From contig CDLV01000016.1 in the NCBI GenBank assembly GCA_001244265.2, positions 1 through 64,000 on the forward strand: a DNA stretch of 64,000 nt, in the 5' to 3' direction. The DNA comes from Microbotryum violaceum. Taxonomy: Eukaryota. The stretch's first letter is position 1; every line of letters starts with the position of its first letter. Positions 1-11,262 of this stretch are shown one piece after another. The translations under genes and the position numbers were made by a program. Under the pieces are notes generated by a model, which worked only from the letters and a program-made list of their open reading frames with translations, did not search any database and was not told the origin of the DNA.

Positions 1-1149
1 GCTGGCATGATGTAGAATCATTCTTTTATGTGGCGTGCCGTACGGCTTTCCAACCTGAATCTGAATCTGCCGACGCGCGACTTTTCGAGAAGCCGGACGC
101 CGCGCGTATCTGGAACGCGTGAATGCCAAGGATCTCAGAGATGCAGCAATCAGGAAAAATGGGCTGCTGGTGGAGGACGGTTTTGATGAACTTCTGGACG
201 CATGCGCACCTCGTTGGTCTGGCATGGAAAAGGTTCTGAGTGTCCTGCAGCAAAATTGCTCGCTGGATTGGTCTTTCGCAAGGCTGAAACGCATCAAGGC
301 AGAACCAGAACTTGCGTCGCGTTGGAACTCCGGTCAGATGTCGTATGAACGCATCCAGACGGCTTTCACAGCCCTTTGCGAGTAGAACCCGTGCTCGACA
401 TCTGCGTTCGTCTGTCGCATTTTTTATGGACAAACCTGAATGTAATACTAGACTTCGTACTGCGCGTTATGATCAAACTCCTAGATCCTGCATGCGCAGA
501 CCAATCGACATCATCCTGCCGAACCCGATGCGATCGACGACAGGAGTGGGCGAGCTTAGGTGGGATTGCGGCGAGGCGATAACGAAAGCAAGCCTCCATT
601 GACCAGACAGGAGCACCGAAGCTTCAGTAGTGTTTTTCGTCCTGTTTATATGGGCACTTTTCAAACACCAAATCCCAAATCCCCCCGCCAGCTGCCCGCC
701 AGCTCTGCGCGCGCTGTCCAACGCAATCCTTGCAAAGATGATCGGACGAGCACCATCTGGTATTTGAGAGGGCGGCGGCCCCCACTGCCTTCGGCCACTG
801 AGAGCTCTCGCGATCTCTGAAATGGAAAATAATCGAATGCGGTTCATCACGACACATCATACATCCATCATCGGAGCGGTAATTCGCCCTGGCGGAGCAA
901 TGAACCGCCCACACAATCACGTGTTCGAGCGCTCACCCGGAGATGACGGTCAGCGATCATGGAAGCTGGGCTCTACATGATCATGCGACAATGCGGGTTG
1001 GGGTTCACACAATGATGTGACGATTCGATTCATGTTGGGGTTCACGTGCATTACATCACAAAGCGTCTCTTCCATGTACCCATGCCCTCCTACATCATGT
1101 TCCAACACCGTCCACGGACAGCACCATCACAGTTTCATATCGATCATGT

Positions 1150-3000
1150 CAGCGGTTAGCGCCACGCGGTCGGAGTCGAATCGGTCGAATTGAAATGTAT
1201 CGACTGGCGTATCGAGTCGCGTTCAAACACGGTGTCAGAGAGATAGGATCGTCGACGTTATAAGTATCGTCGAGTTGAAGCTCGAGTTGACCGGACGAGT
1301 TGGAGTGGTGATTTGGGCAAGGTGGGCACATCGAGGCGGACACATGTCAGTTGGGGCTTGATCGTTCATCGAGTATGGCCGAAGCAAGTTGCCTGGGAGA
1401 TGGACGGGTCCAGCTGATCATCGATCGTCCGAGTGCCGAACGGTCCAAGTCGAGACAACGCTGCTCGATGAAGTGGCTCGAGTGCCGAGCCAGCCGAAAA
1501 CAGCGCAGAAGAGTCAAGCTGATCGCAAGGAAATGACGGACTTCGGTCGGGAGAAGCCGTATTGGTGTGAGCGATGATTGGGCAGATCGGTGGGAAGCTG
1601 ACGATGGGTGACCTGCAAGTTGGATCTTGCGCACCAGGGATGTCGGGCAATGCTGTGGAACACAGATGACATCTCGAATGAAGTAAGGTCAGGATTGACG
1701 GGACTTGAGCGCATAGAGACCCAGGTTGGAGATGAGAGCCTACCGAACTGGGGACCTGGCTGATTGAGCTGATGATGTGGATGCGAAGATCACGGGGAGT
1801 GCCGAGCTGAGTGCGCCGACACAGATCAAGGCGAGGTGAGGTGAAGCGTGTCGATAGGAGAACTTGGCAGATGGTCGAGAATGAGTCGATAGTGGGGTTG
1901 GCATTCATGGTGAATAGGTCGGATGGTGACAGTGAGTCCAAGGCAACCGAGCACGAGTGCGGAGGAAGGTTGGCGGTCGAGGCGGTCGAGGCGGCCATTG
2001 CGAGGGTCGAGCGGATGGTCACTTTGCGCGTCGTGGTGATGGGAGGGGTACGGATAGGGAGAGATCGAGCTGTAGAGGTTTGTCGGTTCGGTCGGTCGAC
2101 CGATGGATCGGACCAAAGGTCGATGGTGCGGATGGGCGTCGATTGAATGTTCGCCGAGTCGAGCAACAGTTTCCGACAGACTCCGAGTTTTCCGCGTCGA
2201 TGAGAGTCGTCGATGAGACCCGTCGGTTTGATCAAGAGAGATGCGAGCGGTCGCTCGACGACGCGAGTGAACGATGTGGGGGAGGCGGAGGTGATCCTCG
2301 AGTGAAGCGACAAAGATCGAGTGAGGTGTGCATCGATGCCAGACCACAGGAAAGTTGCGCATCTTTTTGGCGGTGCTGATGTGGGTTGCGCACTGTGATC
2401 GCAGAGTAGGGTCTTACAAGTCACAGAGCGGTTCGGTGCGAAGCTCGGATGCCAGCGAGTCGGCCAACGCGCGATCTGAACTAGAGTGATAAGTAGCAAA
2501 GACAGACATGAGGTGAGCGAAGAAGGTGAGAGCTTGGTACGATCTGAATGAAGAGCTCACCACATTCATCGGTCGAGCAGCGAGAGGGCGACCGGGGTGA
2601 ACGAGGCGATGCGCTGACCGGGCACGTGTACGACCGAGAACGCTCGAGCGAAGCATCGACGTGTGCTTGGACGCTGCTGAAAGTGACCACGTCCTCTCAG
2701 GGTGCAGTTTCAGTTGTACGGTGTTGATGATGGCAATGTTGGACATGTCATTAACCGTGTTGTGCGACGTCGCACCGTGCGCGCATCAGAGTCGGGTCCA
2801 GGTGACACGTCGAGCTGCAGTTGGGAGAGATCGAGTTGCATCTCGCAGATTGCATGGCGCATGTGAACGATGTGAAAGCATGTGACGTGGACATCCGAGG
2901 TAGTCATCGCAGTCAGAGACGTAACCGGTCGAGGCGTCTGAAGGCGAACGCGAGCACAAGTAGAGGTCCGGGCGCGGGTCAGGATCCGAGTTCGGTTCCG
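1150..3000 (-). mobile_element. Highly decayed Ty3/Gypsy-like LTR retrotransposon remnant (RNase H end, integrase and possible chromodomain fragments)
   Basis: Minus-strand fragments fall in pol order with many stops and frameshifts. 'MQLDLSQLQLDVSPGPDSDARTVRRR' resembles RW..L..FD..I.Y.PG..N..AD.LSR. 'SAPPKRCATFLWSGIDAHL' resembles the integrase Zn-binding F/YW.GM segment. 'SSVFHSIA' resembles HPVFHVS. Boundaries are approximate. Confidence 0.4.
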
Positions 3001-3883
3001 GGCCAAGTAAATGTCACCGTCATCGTCATTGTTCGTGATGGCTAGGCCGTCTATGTTTTCCCCCACGACGACATCAAGGCTGGGAACGTGGGCCTGGAAC
3101 ATGGACCTGAAACGTGGGCCAACTTCACAGACCCTCACCACGTCGCTTTCGAGCCATTCTTGGGTGCTGAACATGTTGTTGGTGTACTCAAGTATACGGT
3201 TCTCTTGGTGATGACCAAATGTGCGTGGTGAGCTTGTGAGATGCGATTGAAGACACGATTCCTCGTGGTTTTGACGGGGTATCCGTCAAAGCTTTGGCTG
3301 GTGAGCTTGGACCCATTACCGAAACACATTGTCAATTAGTGGAATATAAGGTCTAAGCCAGTGAAAGAGCTAATGTAATGTAATTACCCGCTCGCGCTCC
3401 AAAAACCATGCGCCGTGGTCTCGCGCGTCTTTCCCACACTCACGCCAGTGGTCGCGCGACCGCGGCGTTGTTGGCGGCAACCTCACTCATTGTCCGTCCC
3501 GCAGACCGCCGTGTCCGCACCCGCGACCGACAAGTGGACGGACATGGGGTTGCGGTACGCACATGACAATTTCGAATGAACATAAGCACAATGCCTACTA
3601 GCACAAATCAAGCATGTACACACCAGTTGGGATCGGGACAGGATTACAACAAACTTATCTACGTCTACAAGTCCTCAAGTCTGCCGTGCCTCAGCTCCAG
3701 CGGCACACCGAAGCCCGAAATGGGTTTCCCATTTCGGGGATCGCGAGCGCCGGTGGCCGAAGGCTGCGAGTGCGGCTGCTCCCACCCCTCTCTCAAACAC
3801 CACAGGGTGCTCGCGCGAGCTTCTTTGCAAGGGGCTCTCAGGAGTCTGTACCATGTGGTATTTGGCAATTGCCCATATATACA

Positions 3884-4385
3884 GTGGATTTCAGCAGTGC
3901 ACGAGCAATTGACCGTGCACCTCGATTTGGCGGTTTTTGGCTTGTGCCGCCCTTCAACGTCGAAAAAGTGGATTTCAGCAGTGCACGAGCAATCGACCGT
4001 GCACCTCGATTTGACGGTTTTTGGCTTGTGCCGCCCTTCAGAGTCGAAAAAGTGGATTTTAGCAGTGCACGAGCAATCGACCGTGCACCTCGATTTGACG
4101 GTTTTGCCGAAAAAGTGGATTTTAGCAGTGCACGAGCAATCGACCGTGCACCTCGATTTGACGGTTTTTGGCTTGTGCCGCCCTTCAGAGTCGAAAAAGT
4201 GGATTTTAGCAGTGCACGAGCAATTGACCGTGCACCTCGATTTGACGGTTTTGCCGAAAAAGTGGATTTCAACAGTGCACGAGCAATTGACCGTGCACCT
4301 CGATTTGACGGTTTTTGGCTTGTGCCGCCCTTCAGAGTCGAAAAAGTGGATTTTAGCAGTGCACGAGCAATTGACCGTGCACTGT
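3884..4385. repeat. Minisatellite of 84-bp and 63-bp units with an internal GTGCACG-N10-CGTGCAC inverted repeat
   Basis: Units start at 3884, 3968, 4052, 4115, 4199, 4262 and 4346 (84, 84, 63, 84, 63, 84 bp, then a partial unit). Each starts GTGGATTT(C/T)A(G/A)CAGTGCACGAGCAAT(T/C)GACCGTGCAC. Confidence 0.97.
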
Positions 4386-4569
4386 CAATTTTCATTTTCA
4401 CTGGGAATTTGGGGTTCTATTCCAAAACGTATCCCGGAATTGGCCTGTACCCCACCTATGATACGTATATACTTTCGCTACAAGCCTCTACAACATTATA
4501 CACCGAAAAACACATTCTCACTTTGCCCTCTGCTTCTTCGGATACAAGATCGCCTTCGCTCGAGCCAGC

Positions 4570-6204
4570 CTAGCCATACAGGCCTGCACGCGGAAAGACT
4601 GACCGAATCAGCATACATTCGCTCATACTATTTCTCCCAGAAAAAAAGAAAATTTTGTCACTCACCATGGAACACGTAATACTTTGGCAACCCCACCATC
4701 CTCCCCCCAAACTTCTTCGCCAACTGCGCAAACCCCTCCGTCTCCAGCTGATGATCCACCGGCCAAGCGGGGAAGATAGCGCCCTTGCGATGCAGACCGG
4801 CAATAATGAGCGCCGTGCAGCCTCCTACACCGTCGAGGGGGATAACGCTGGGAGTTTGAGGTGTGAAGGGTACCATGTCGGCCATGTTGAGACGCTTGGT
4901 CTTGATGTAGTCTTCGTAGCCTGCGAAGTTGAGCGAGGTCGGAGCGAATAAGGGAGCTGAAAATTTCTCGAGTTCACAGAGTTTGGGCTCACCTTCGATC
5001 AAGACTTCCTCCTCCTGCAGCGTCTGCTTGAGAGAGGTCGACTCGTGCGTCTCTTGCCAGTTGTTTCGATCGTAAGAGCTGTGAGCAGAAGTGAACAGCG
5101 TCAGCTCCGACGATCGCAAATCGCCGAGAGACACCGGGTTTCAAACTTACCCAAGTTCATTATACGTCTTCCACACGCAATTTGGCACAACGACGTCGGC
5201 ATTCTCGTTCACACTATGCTCCAACAACGTCTGCACGAGCCGCTTGTCATAATCGACGACGTCTACGTCGATCCAGAGCGCGTAATCGATATCAGGCGTC
5301 ATCGCCGACGTCAACAACCACGTCCTCGACACGCCCAACATCTTCCTTCTGTGGATCTGACCCCCAAACGCATGCCTCGCTTTCCCCGCACCGACGATCG
5401 TATCTGCCGAAACGGCCTCGAGTTTCTCGGATGAAGAAGGCATCCTCGCGGGAGCAGGAATGATGCCCCCCATCGCCGCAAGGGCCGAAGGGTCCTCCAT
5501 CGCAAAATCTTTCCTCAACACGACGATACGACCGTACTGTTGCTTCTTGGGTCGTTTATACTGCCTCTCGTCGGCGAGTTCGAGCGCTCTTTCATAGGTG
5601 CGGTCTTGGGTGTCTGAAACGAGGATCGCGATTTGCAACTTGGAGCGAGGGTAGTCGAGCGTATCGATGAGTTGAAAAAAGTGCCAAATGTGTTCGAGCG
5701 AGTCCTTCATCGTGCACATGATCTGATGACGCTTAAAAACGGTTCGATTAGCACATGATGATTTGTCTCTCCTGCGCCCGGACTCCGCGATAAAAAAAAA
5801 AAAGGCAAAATGTTGAAGGATCCAAACAGACTGACCATGACCGTCGGCACCCTCTCGGTCGAGCTCGCCTTGACGTTGGAAAAGTTGACTTTGATCTTAT
5901 CCCCCCTCCAATCCCTCGACATGACCTTCCTTCCGCCGAGCTCCCTCTGTCGATCGGGCCCATCCTTCCTCATCCACCAAACAACGATCACCAACACCAC
6001 CGCCAATCCCGCGACGATCCGAATGACCGGTAGACCTTTTTTCTTATTCTTAGCCGAGCTATTGTTGTAGATGTAAGGTTCAAACTCGTTGCGGAAGCCT
6101 TGAGGGGAATTGTCAAGACTGGAAGGGAGAGCAGGACTGCCTCCATAACTGTCGCCGCCATGACGGCGCCTCGACGTCGCGAAATCCGACAACCGCCGTA
6201 GCAT
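4570..6204 (-). CDS. Anp1/Mnn9/Van1-family Golgi mannosyltransferase (GT62), spliced
   Basis: Type II TM segment (IVAGLAVVLVIVVWW) followed by LDYP..K.QIAILVSD, RRKMLGVSRTWLL, LWIDVDV (DxD), VVVPNC, YDRNNWQET, LDGVGG, FPAW, ETEGFAQLAK and GLPKYYVFH. The last micro-exon encodes GLYG* (stop 4570-4572). Confidence 0.92.
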
Positions 6205-6990
6205 GCTCGGAAACTATGTACACGAGCCTGGGCGACCAGTCGAGATCGAGTCGAGCGGAGACGGATGAAATGGAAACGACGGAGAGGACGGGCGGAGGAT
6301 GAGCTGAGAGGGGACTCGATCGGCGCGGGATCTTGACTCGCGTGACCTCGACCTTCCGAGTTGAATTGTGCCTCAACTTTGCCCCGGTTCGGCAGGCGGG
6401 GTGCGGCGCAGGACTTCGGGCGCGCATTGATTGGTTACAAATTGCTAATGCCACCGCCTCGACGCGCGGGTCCCCCTGACCGTTTTTGTATTCGGCCGGC
6501 ACCGCCTTGGCCAAACGGGACCCGTCAGAGCCTGACAGAGCCAAGTCAACGTGCACAAGCGGTGCGCACAAGTTGTCAAGCGCGTCAGTCGCAGCCGGCT
6601 TTGTTCGCAGCGACCCCTCGCCCCTTTCCTCCTGTCCGTGTCAGCGTCGTCGTGTGATTCTGCTAGTGCGTTGACTCGCCAGGTTCAGAAGTGGTCACTA
6701 CTATCTCGCTCTCTCGCTTCCTTCGACTCGTCTCGTTCGCGCTCCCCTCCACCTCCCACGACGCTGTCTCGCTCTTGTGTGAGCTGCACGCGTGTCACCT
6801 CCCCTCGCGTCGACCCGAACAACGTTCCAACGCGCGCCGCCCCCAACTTGGCAACAAACTGCACTGGCACCCACCGCCCCGCCCCTGCTCAAATCACGCC
6901 ACGCCCAGACTCCGTTCGAGCCGGTCTCTCTCTCTCACCTCTCCTGACGTAGCCCAGTAAGACCGACACCGACCATCAACGCGTCGAAGG

Positions 6991-7113
6991 ATGTCTGCAG
7001 CTGCCTCTGAACGCGTCGCTGCTGCCGGCCATGGCGGTGCGCCTCGCCACCATTCGCTCTCCGCGACCATGTCTGGCGCGATCCAGCAGTCCCAACAACA
7101 GGCTCAGCAACAA

Positions 7114-7145
<32 letters not shown>

Positions 7146-10067
7146 CACGTCGGGTTTGGCCTCACTCCCTTCGCGCCCACCCCCTTCAGCCGACCCAGCC
7201 CGCGCACGGGGCAGCATCGACGCCGTAGGCATGCGTGCCACTTTCTCGTCCCATACGTCCGGTGGTCCCCATTCCCATGCCAGTCTCGTCAGTAGCTCAA
7301 CCCCCAACTCGGCCGGTGGAGGCAACTGGAACAGGGCCCGCCCGGCGAGCGATTTCCTCTCGGCCAGTCATGCTGCGTCGATGCATCAGCCTCCCAACTT
7401 GACCAGCGTCGAATGTGCGTTGGAGCCTCTTCGGGCCAAAGTGATCAATCAAAACACGAAAGCTGATGTGTAATGTCTGACCTTCCCACGTAGCGGAGGG
7501 TGAGCTCTTTAGATAATACATGTCGGATGACACTCCCCGTCTTGCCTCCTGTTTCATCGTCCAAGTCCGGATCAGCTGACACCCGAGACACTCCACCATC
7601 TGTCTCACACAGCGATCGACCGCTGGTTCGAAGACCTACAGCACTACGAAACCACACTCGAAGAAATGGCCGCGGCCTCCCTCGATTCCAACTTCAAGGA
7701 AGAACTCTCCGCGATCGAGCAATGGTTCAGAGTCCTGTCCGAGGCCGAACGCACCGCAGCGCTCTACTCGCTGCTGCAGTCGTCGACGCAGGTGCAGATG
7801 CGCTTCTTCATCACCGTGTTGCAGCAGATGGCCAGGGCCGACCCAGTCACGTCGCTTCTCAGTCCGGCCAACCCGAATCAACGTCAGTCTGCGATATTCG
7901 TCTGTCCGGCCCTCGATACCTGTTGCTGATCGTCCAAACCCCCTCTCGTGCTCGTAGAATCGATGGAGACCCAAATGGAAGCTAAAATCGCATCGCTTGG
8001 TCTCAAAGGATCAACTTCGCCGGTCGTGCGTCAATTTGCGCGTCAATCCCTCGGCGATTCCTACCTCTCGCCTCATTCGGCATCGAACCCCTCCGCGTCC
8101 GTCCCCGGACCCCCGTCTCCCACGGCTGCAAATTCGGACGACCCGACCGCCGCAGCGACGTTGGCGAACCAACGCGCCAAACTCAAGGCCACTGCTCGTA
8201 CCTCGGCCCCTGCGAACCTGTTGTTGAGCGCCGGTCACGATGCCAACAAGTCGACCTCGTCGCTCTGGTCCGAGAAGGAGACGCTGCTCGAACGTCGATC
8301 GCCGTCCCCCGGTGACCGTCCTCGTTCGACCGGATCCGAACATCTCAGTGCCAACGTTGCAAATCCGAATGGTGCTCACAGCGGCTTGCATCTCTCCCAC
8401 TCGACGGGCCCACCAACGACGGCTTCGTTCCCTCGCTCCTCCGGCGTCGAGTCCGATATCCCTCAACTTTCACCCTTGGTTGGTGGTTCGTGGGCCAGCA
8501 TGGTCAACACGCCCCTGGTTCCGATGTTCGGCAAAGCGGGTATTGAACCGGGTTCGCAGATGGAACCGGGCAATTACGGCGGCAATTCGCCCAGTATTGG
8601 CACCAACACGTGGTCGAGCGGAGGCGTCCACAACGGTTCCGTCTCCCCCGTGTTGCTCGACAACGACGTGCGCAAGTTCCGTCGATCGGCTCGTATCGGA
8701 GGTGGTGGTGCCGGTGGATCCCCTTCGGGTACCGCAATTTCGGACGGAGCCTTGTCGGGGATGTACGACGACCGAGTCGGACTTCGCAGCCCAGCAGGTA
8801 CAGGCGCGAGTCAATTCAGTTCGATGCAACAAAACGCCATCAACCTCGGTCTCGCCGGTCTCCAACAAGCCCAGCAACAACAACACCACCACCACTCATC
8901 ACCCGGTCTCGGTTCTTCGCGTCTCAACTCATCCGGCGCACTCAACTCCCCCGGTCTAATTGCGGCACAACAAGCCGCCGTCGCGGCACAACAAAACTGG
9001 CGCAATGGGTTGGGCGTCACGAATGCCGGATTAGGAGTTGGCGCCGATACGGGTTTTTCACCTTCGCTCGGCTCGACGGAATTCGGGATGGGCGGCGGAG
9101 GAGTTCAAGCGTCGACGAATGCACAACTGGCGAATCTGTTGGCGTTGCAGCAGCAGATGATTCAGCAACAGCAGCAAATGCAGGTGTTGAGCAACTTGGC
9201 CGCAGGTGGTGAGTAGTAATTTTCCATCCAAATTATCGCTAACTCATGCTGAATAGTCTCGTTCTGAACCTTGTACGTACAGGTATGGGTCTCTCGCCCG
9301 TGCAAATGATGCATTTTCAGCAGCAACAACAAGCGCTTGTCTCCCCTGGTGGTCGCAACTACGTCCCGACGAGTCTGATGGGTTTCGGCAACGCCGGTTT
9401 GGGAATGAGTGAGTCGAGCGTGTATGGGTGCCGAGCGAAGGCATGCTGATCGGTATCCCCTTTTTTTGTTAATCTTCAGATGGCATCAATCAAGCCCGTC
9501 GTTCACCCCGCGTCGACCGTTCTCCAGGAACGCCCAGCTGCCCCCCTTCAAAAACCTCCACTCCGAACCCCGGAGCTTCCGCAACCGTCGCCGGTTCCGG
9601 AGCGAACCCCGATGAGCCCCTGGACATGTCCCTCCTTTCTGATGTACCTCTTTGGCTCCGTTCGTTGCGTTTGCACAAGTACACTTCGACGTTCGAGAAT
9701 TCGAATTGGAAGGAGATGGTCATGCTGGATGATGAGGGGTTGGAGAAGAAGGGCGTTGCCGCTTTAGGCGCGAGGAGGAAGTTGCTCAAGTGAGTGTCGA
9801 CGGGGTCGTCTTATCGCTAGCTCGAGTAGCGCGCTGATTTGTATGTGTGGATTTTTTGCTCAAAGGGTCTTCGAGACCGTGCGCCTGAAGACGAACATGG
9901 CCCTCCCCGGCGACGGAGCAATGAAGGCCGACGACCGTACTGCGACGCGTTCGGTCTCTCCCAACACTGCCGATGGCACGAGTCCTGATCCCGATCATGG
10001 CAACAACAAAAATGGCGAATGGGATCGACTAAGCCCGGCTCCGAATTCCGCGAAACGAGGATGGTGA
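6991..10067 (+). CDS. VTS1: Vts1/Smaug-like SAM-domain RNA-binding protein, spliced
   Basis: N-terminal block [53 protein letters not shown] and C-terminal SAM domain [44 protein letters not shown]. The linker is poly-Q and G/S-rich. Confidence 0.95.
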
Positions 10068-10702
10068 ACATTTCACTTTTCGATCGGTTCTCTCGACTTG
10101 TGTGCTTCCACAAAGGTTTACCACCCTACCTCGACCGTACGAACGAAATTTAATTGACGACCTCTTTTATAAAAGCTTTTCTTTCCTCTCGTAAACCGTT
10201 TTTGACTCCTCACCTGTCCATTCCGTGCCTTTACGAACGACCCTCGACACGAATTCGTGTTTTTTTTCGACCAAATTCCGCTTTTTAGTTGACCCCCTTT
10301 TTACGACCCTCTTCTTCCTAAAGCCTGTGCATATTCTCTCCGGGAGGGTTCAACCTTTGCGCTATTTCTTGTAGGTGAAGGATATTGATTGGTGTGATGA
10401 TGCATCTTTGGTTCGAGTTGGATACCCCCTATTCTGGTAGTCTCTGGCTCTACGCTTTCGTGAGCGCCTCCGCGAGGGACTTGGGGCCGTGATGAGGGGA
10501 CGATGCCTCGAACAAGGTTGAATGATACATGGAATTGCATCCTAGCTTTCATCGTCTAAACAAACCTCCATTACGAAACATTCTCAGCACCGAAACAGCA
10601 AACCGTTAAATGGACGTGCACCAAGGACAAGGAAACACAAACGTACCTTTTTCCTCAACTCCTTCTTCGCCGTCTGCTGCACCCGGCGGCCGTATCATGC
10701 TC

Positions 10703-11262
10703 TTATCGCTGTATACCACCCTGCGCCTTTAGTTGTTCAGCTTGTTGTGCGTTCATGCGATCTTGTCGTAGTTGCAAGAGCCTTCGTTCTGAGAAAGTAA
10801 GAGCACACAACCGTACGGGTTGATCAAGTCAATGATCGCGGTACTCTACACCATCTCAGCGAGAGAGTGGACATGAACGTACTATTGAAATAATCGACCT
10901 GTATCACCAAAACGATCAAAAGAAACAAAGCAAAACCGATCAGCAAGTCCCCTCCCCAAAGCCTTCGCAGTCGCAGTCGCAATCGTAATCACAAATCGCA
11001 GCGGCGCAGGAGGAAGCCTTACCCAACTCTGCGCACACCTCGCTTCATAACCCTCCCTCTCATTTTGACAAAGTCCCTTTTCCTTTTCCGCTCCAGGAAC
11101 GATCACTCCGTTCTTCTCTAAACATCCGAAATACGCATCACGATGATCCCAGCATGCTTGACGGGCTGAACGATCCGGGATCGAGGAGGGTGAACCGGCG
11201 GGTAGCGCGGAGGTGGAAGTGGATGCGGTGGATGTTGAAGAGGAGGAGGAGAATGGCCACAT
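10703..11262 (-). CDS. COA6: Cytochrome c oxidase assembly factor Coa6-like twin CX9C/CX10C protein, 3 exons
   Basis: PDRSARQACWDHRDAYFGCLEKN...C...REGYEARCAQSW|VDYFNK|RRLLQLRQ joins in frame across GT-AG introns; ATG at 11262, TAA at 10703. Confidence 0.88.

Noticed and set aside
26..920. Short ORFs at the window start
   Set aside because: Interrupted by stops with no recognisable domain. Possibly pseudogene or TE debris, but it cannot be supported.
1366..2499. 377-aa minus-strand ORF as an intact gene
   Set aside because: Retroelement-like motifs are scattered across frames; it reads as decayed TE sequence.
3884..4385. CRISPR-like array (palindromic repeat with intervening segments)
   Set aside because: The intervening segments are copies of each other rather than unique spacers, no cas genes are present, and the DNA is eukaryotic.
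3576..4679. Long ORFs (367, 319 and 187 aa) across the minisatellite
   Set aside because: Unit lengths are multiples of 3 and stop-free, so several frames on both strands stay open. There is no protein-like signal, and the longest ORF overlaps the GT62 gene end.
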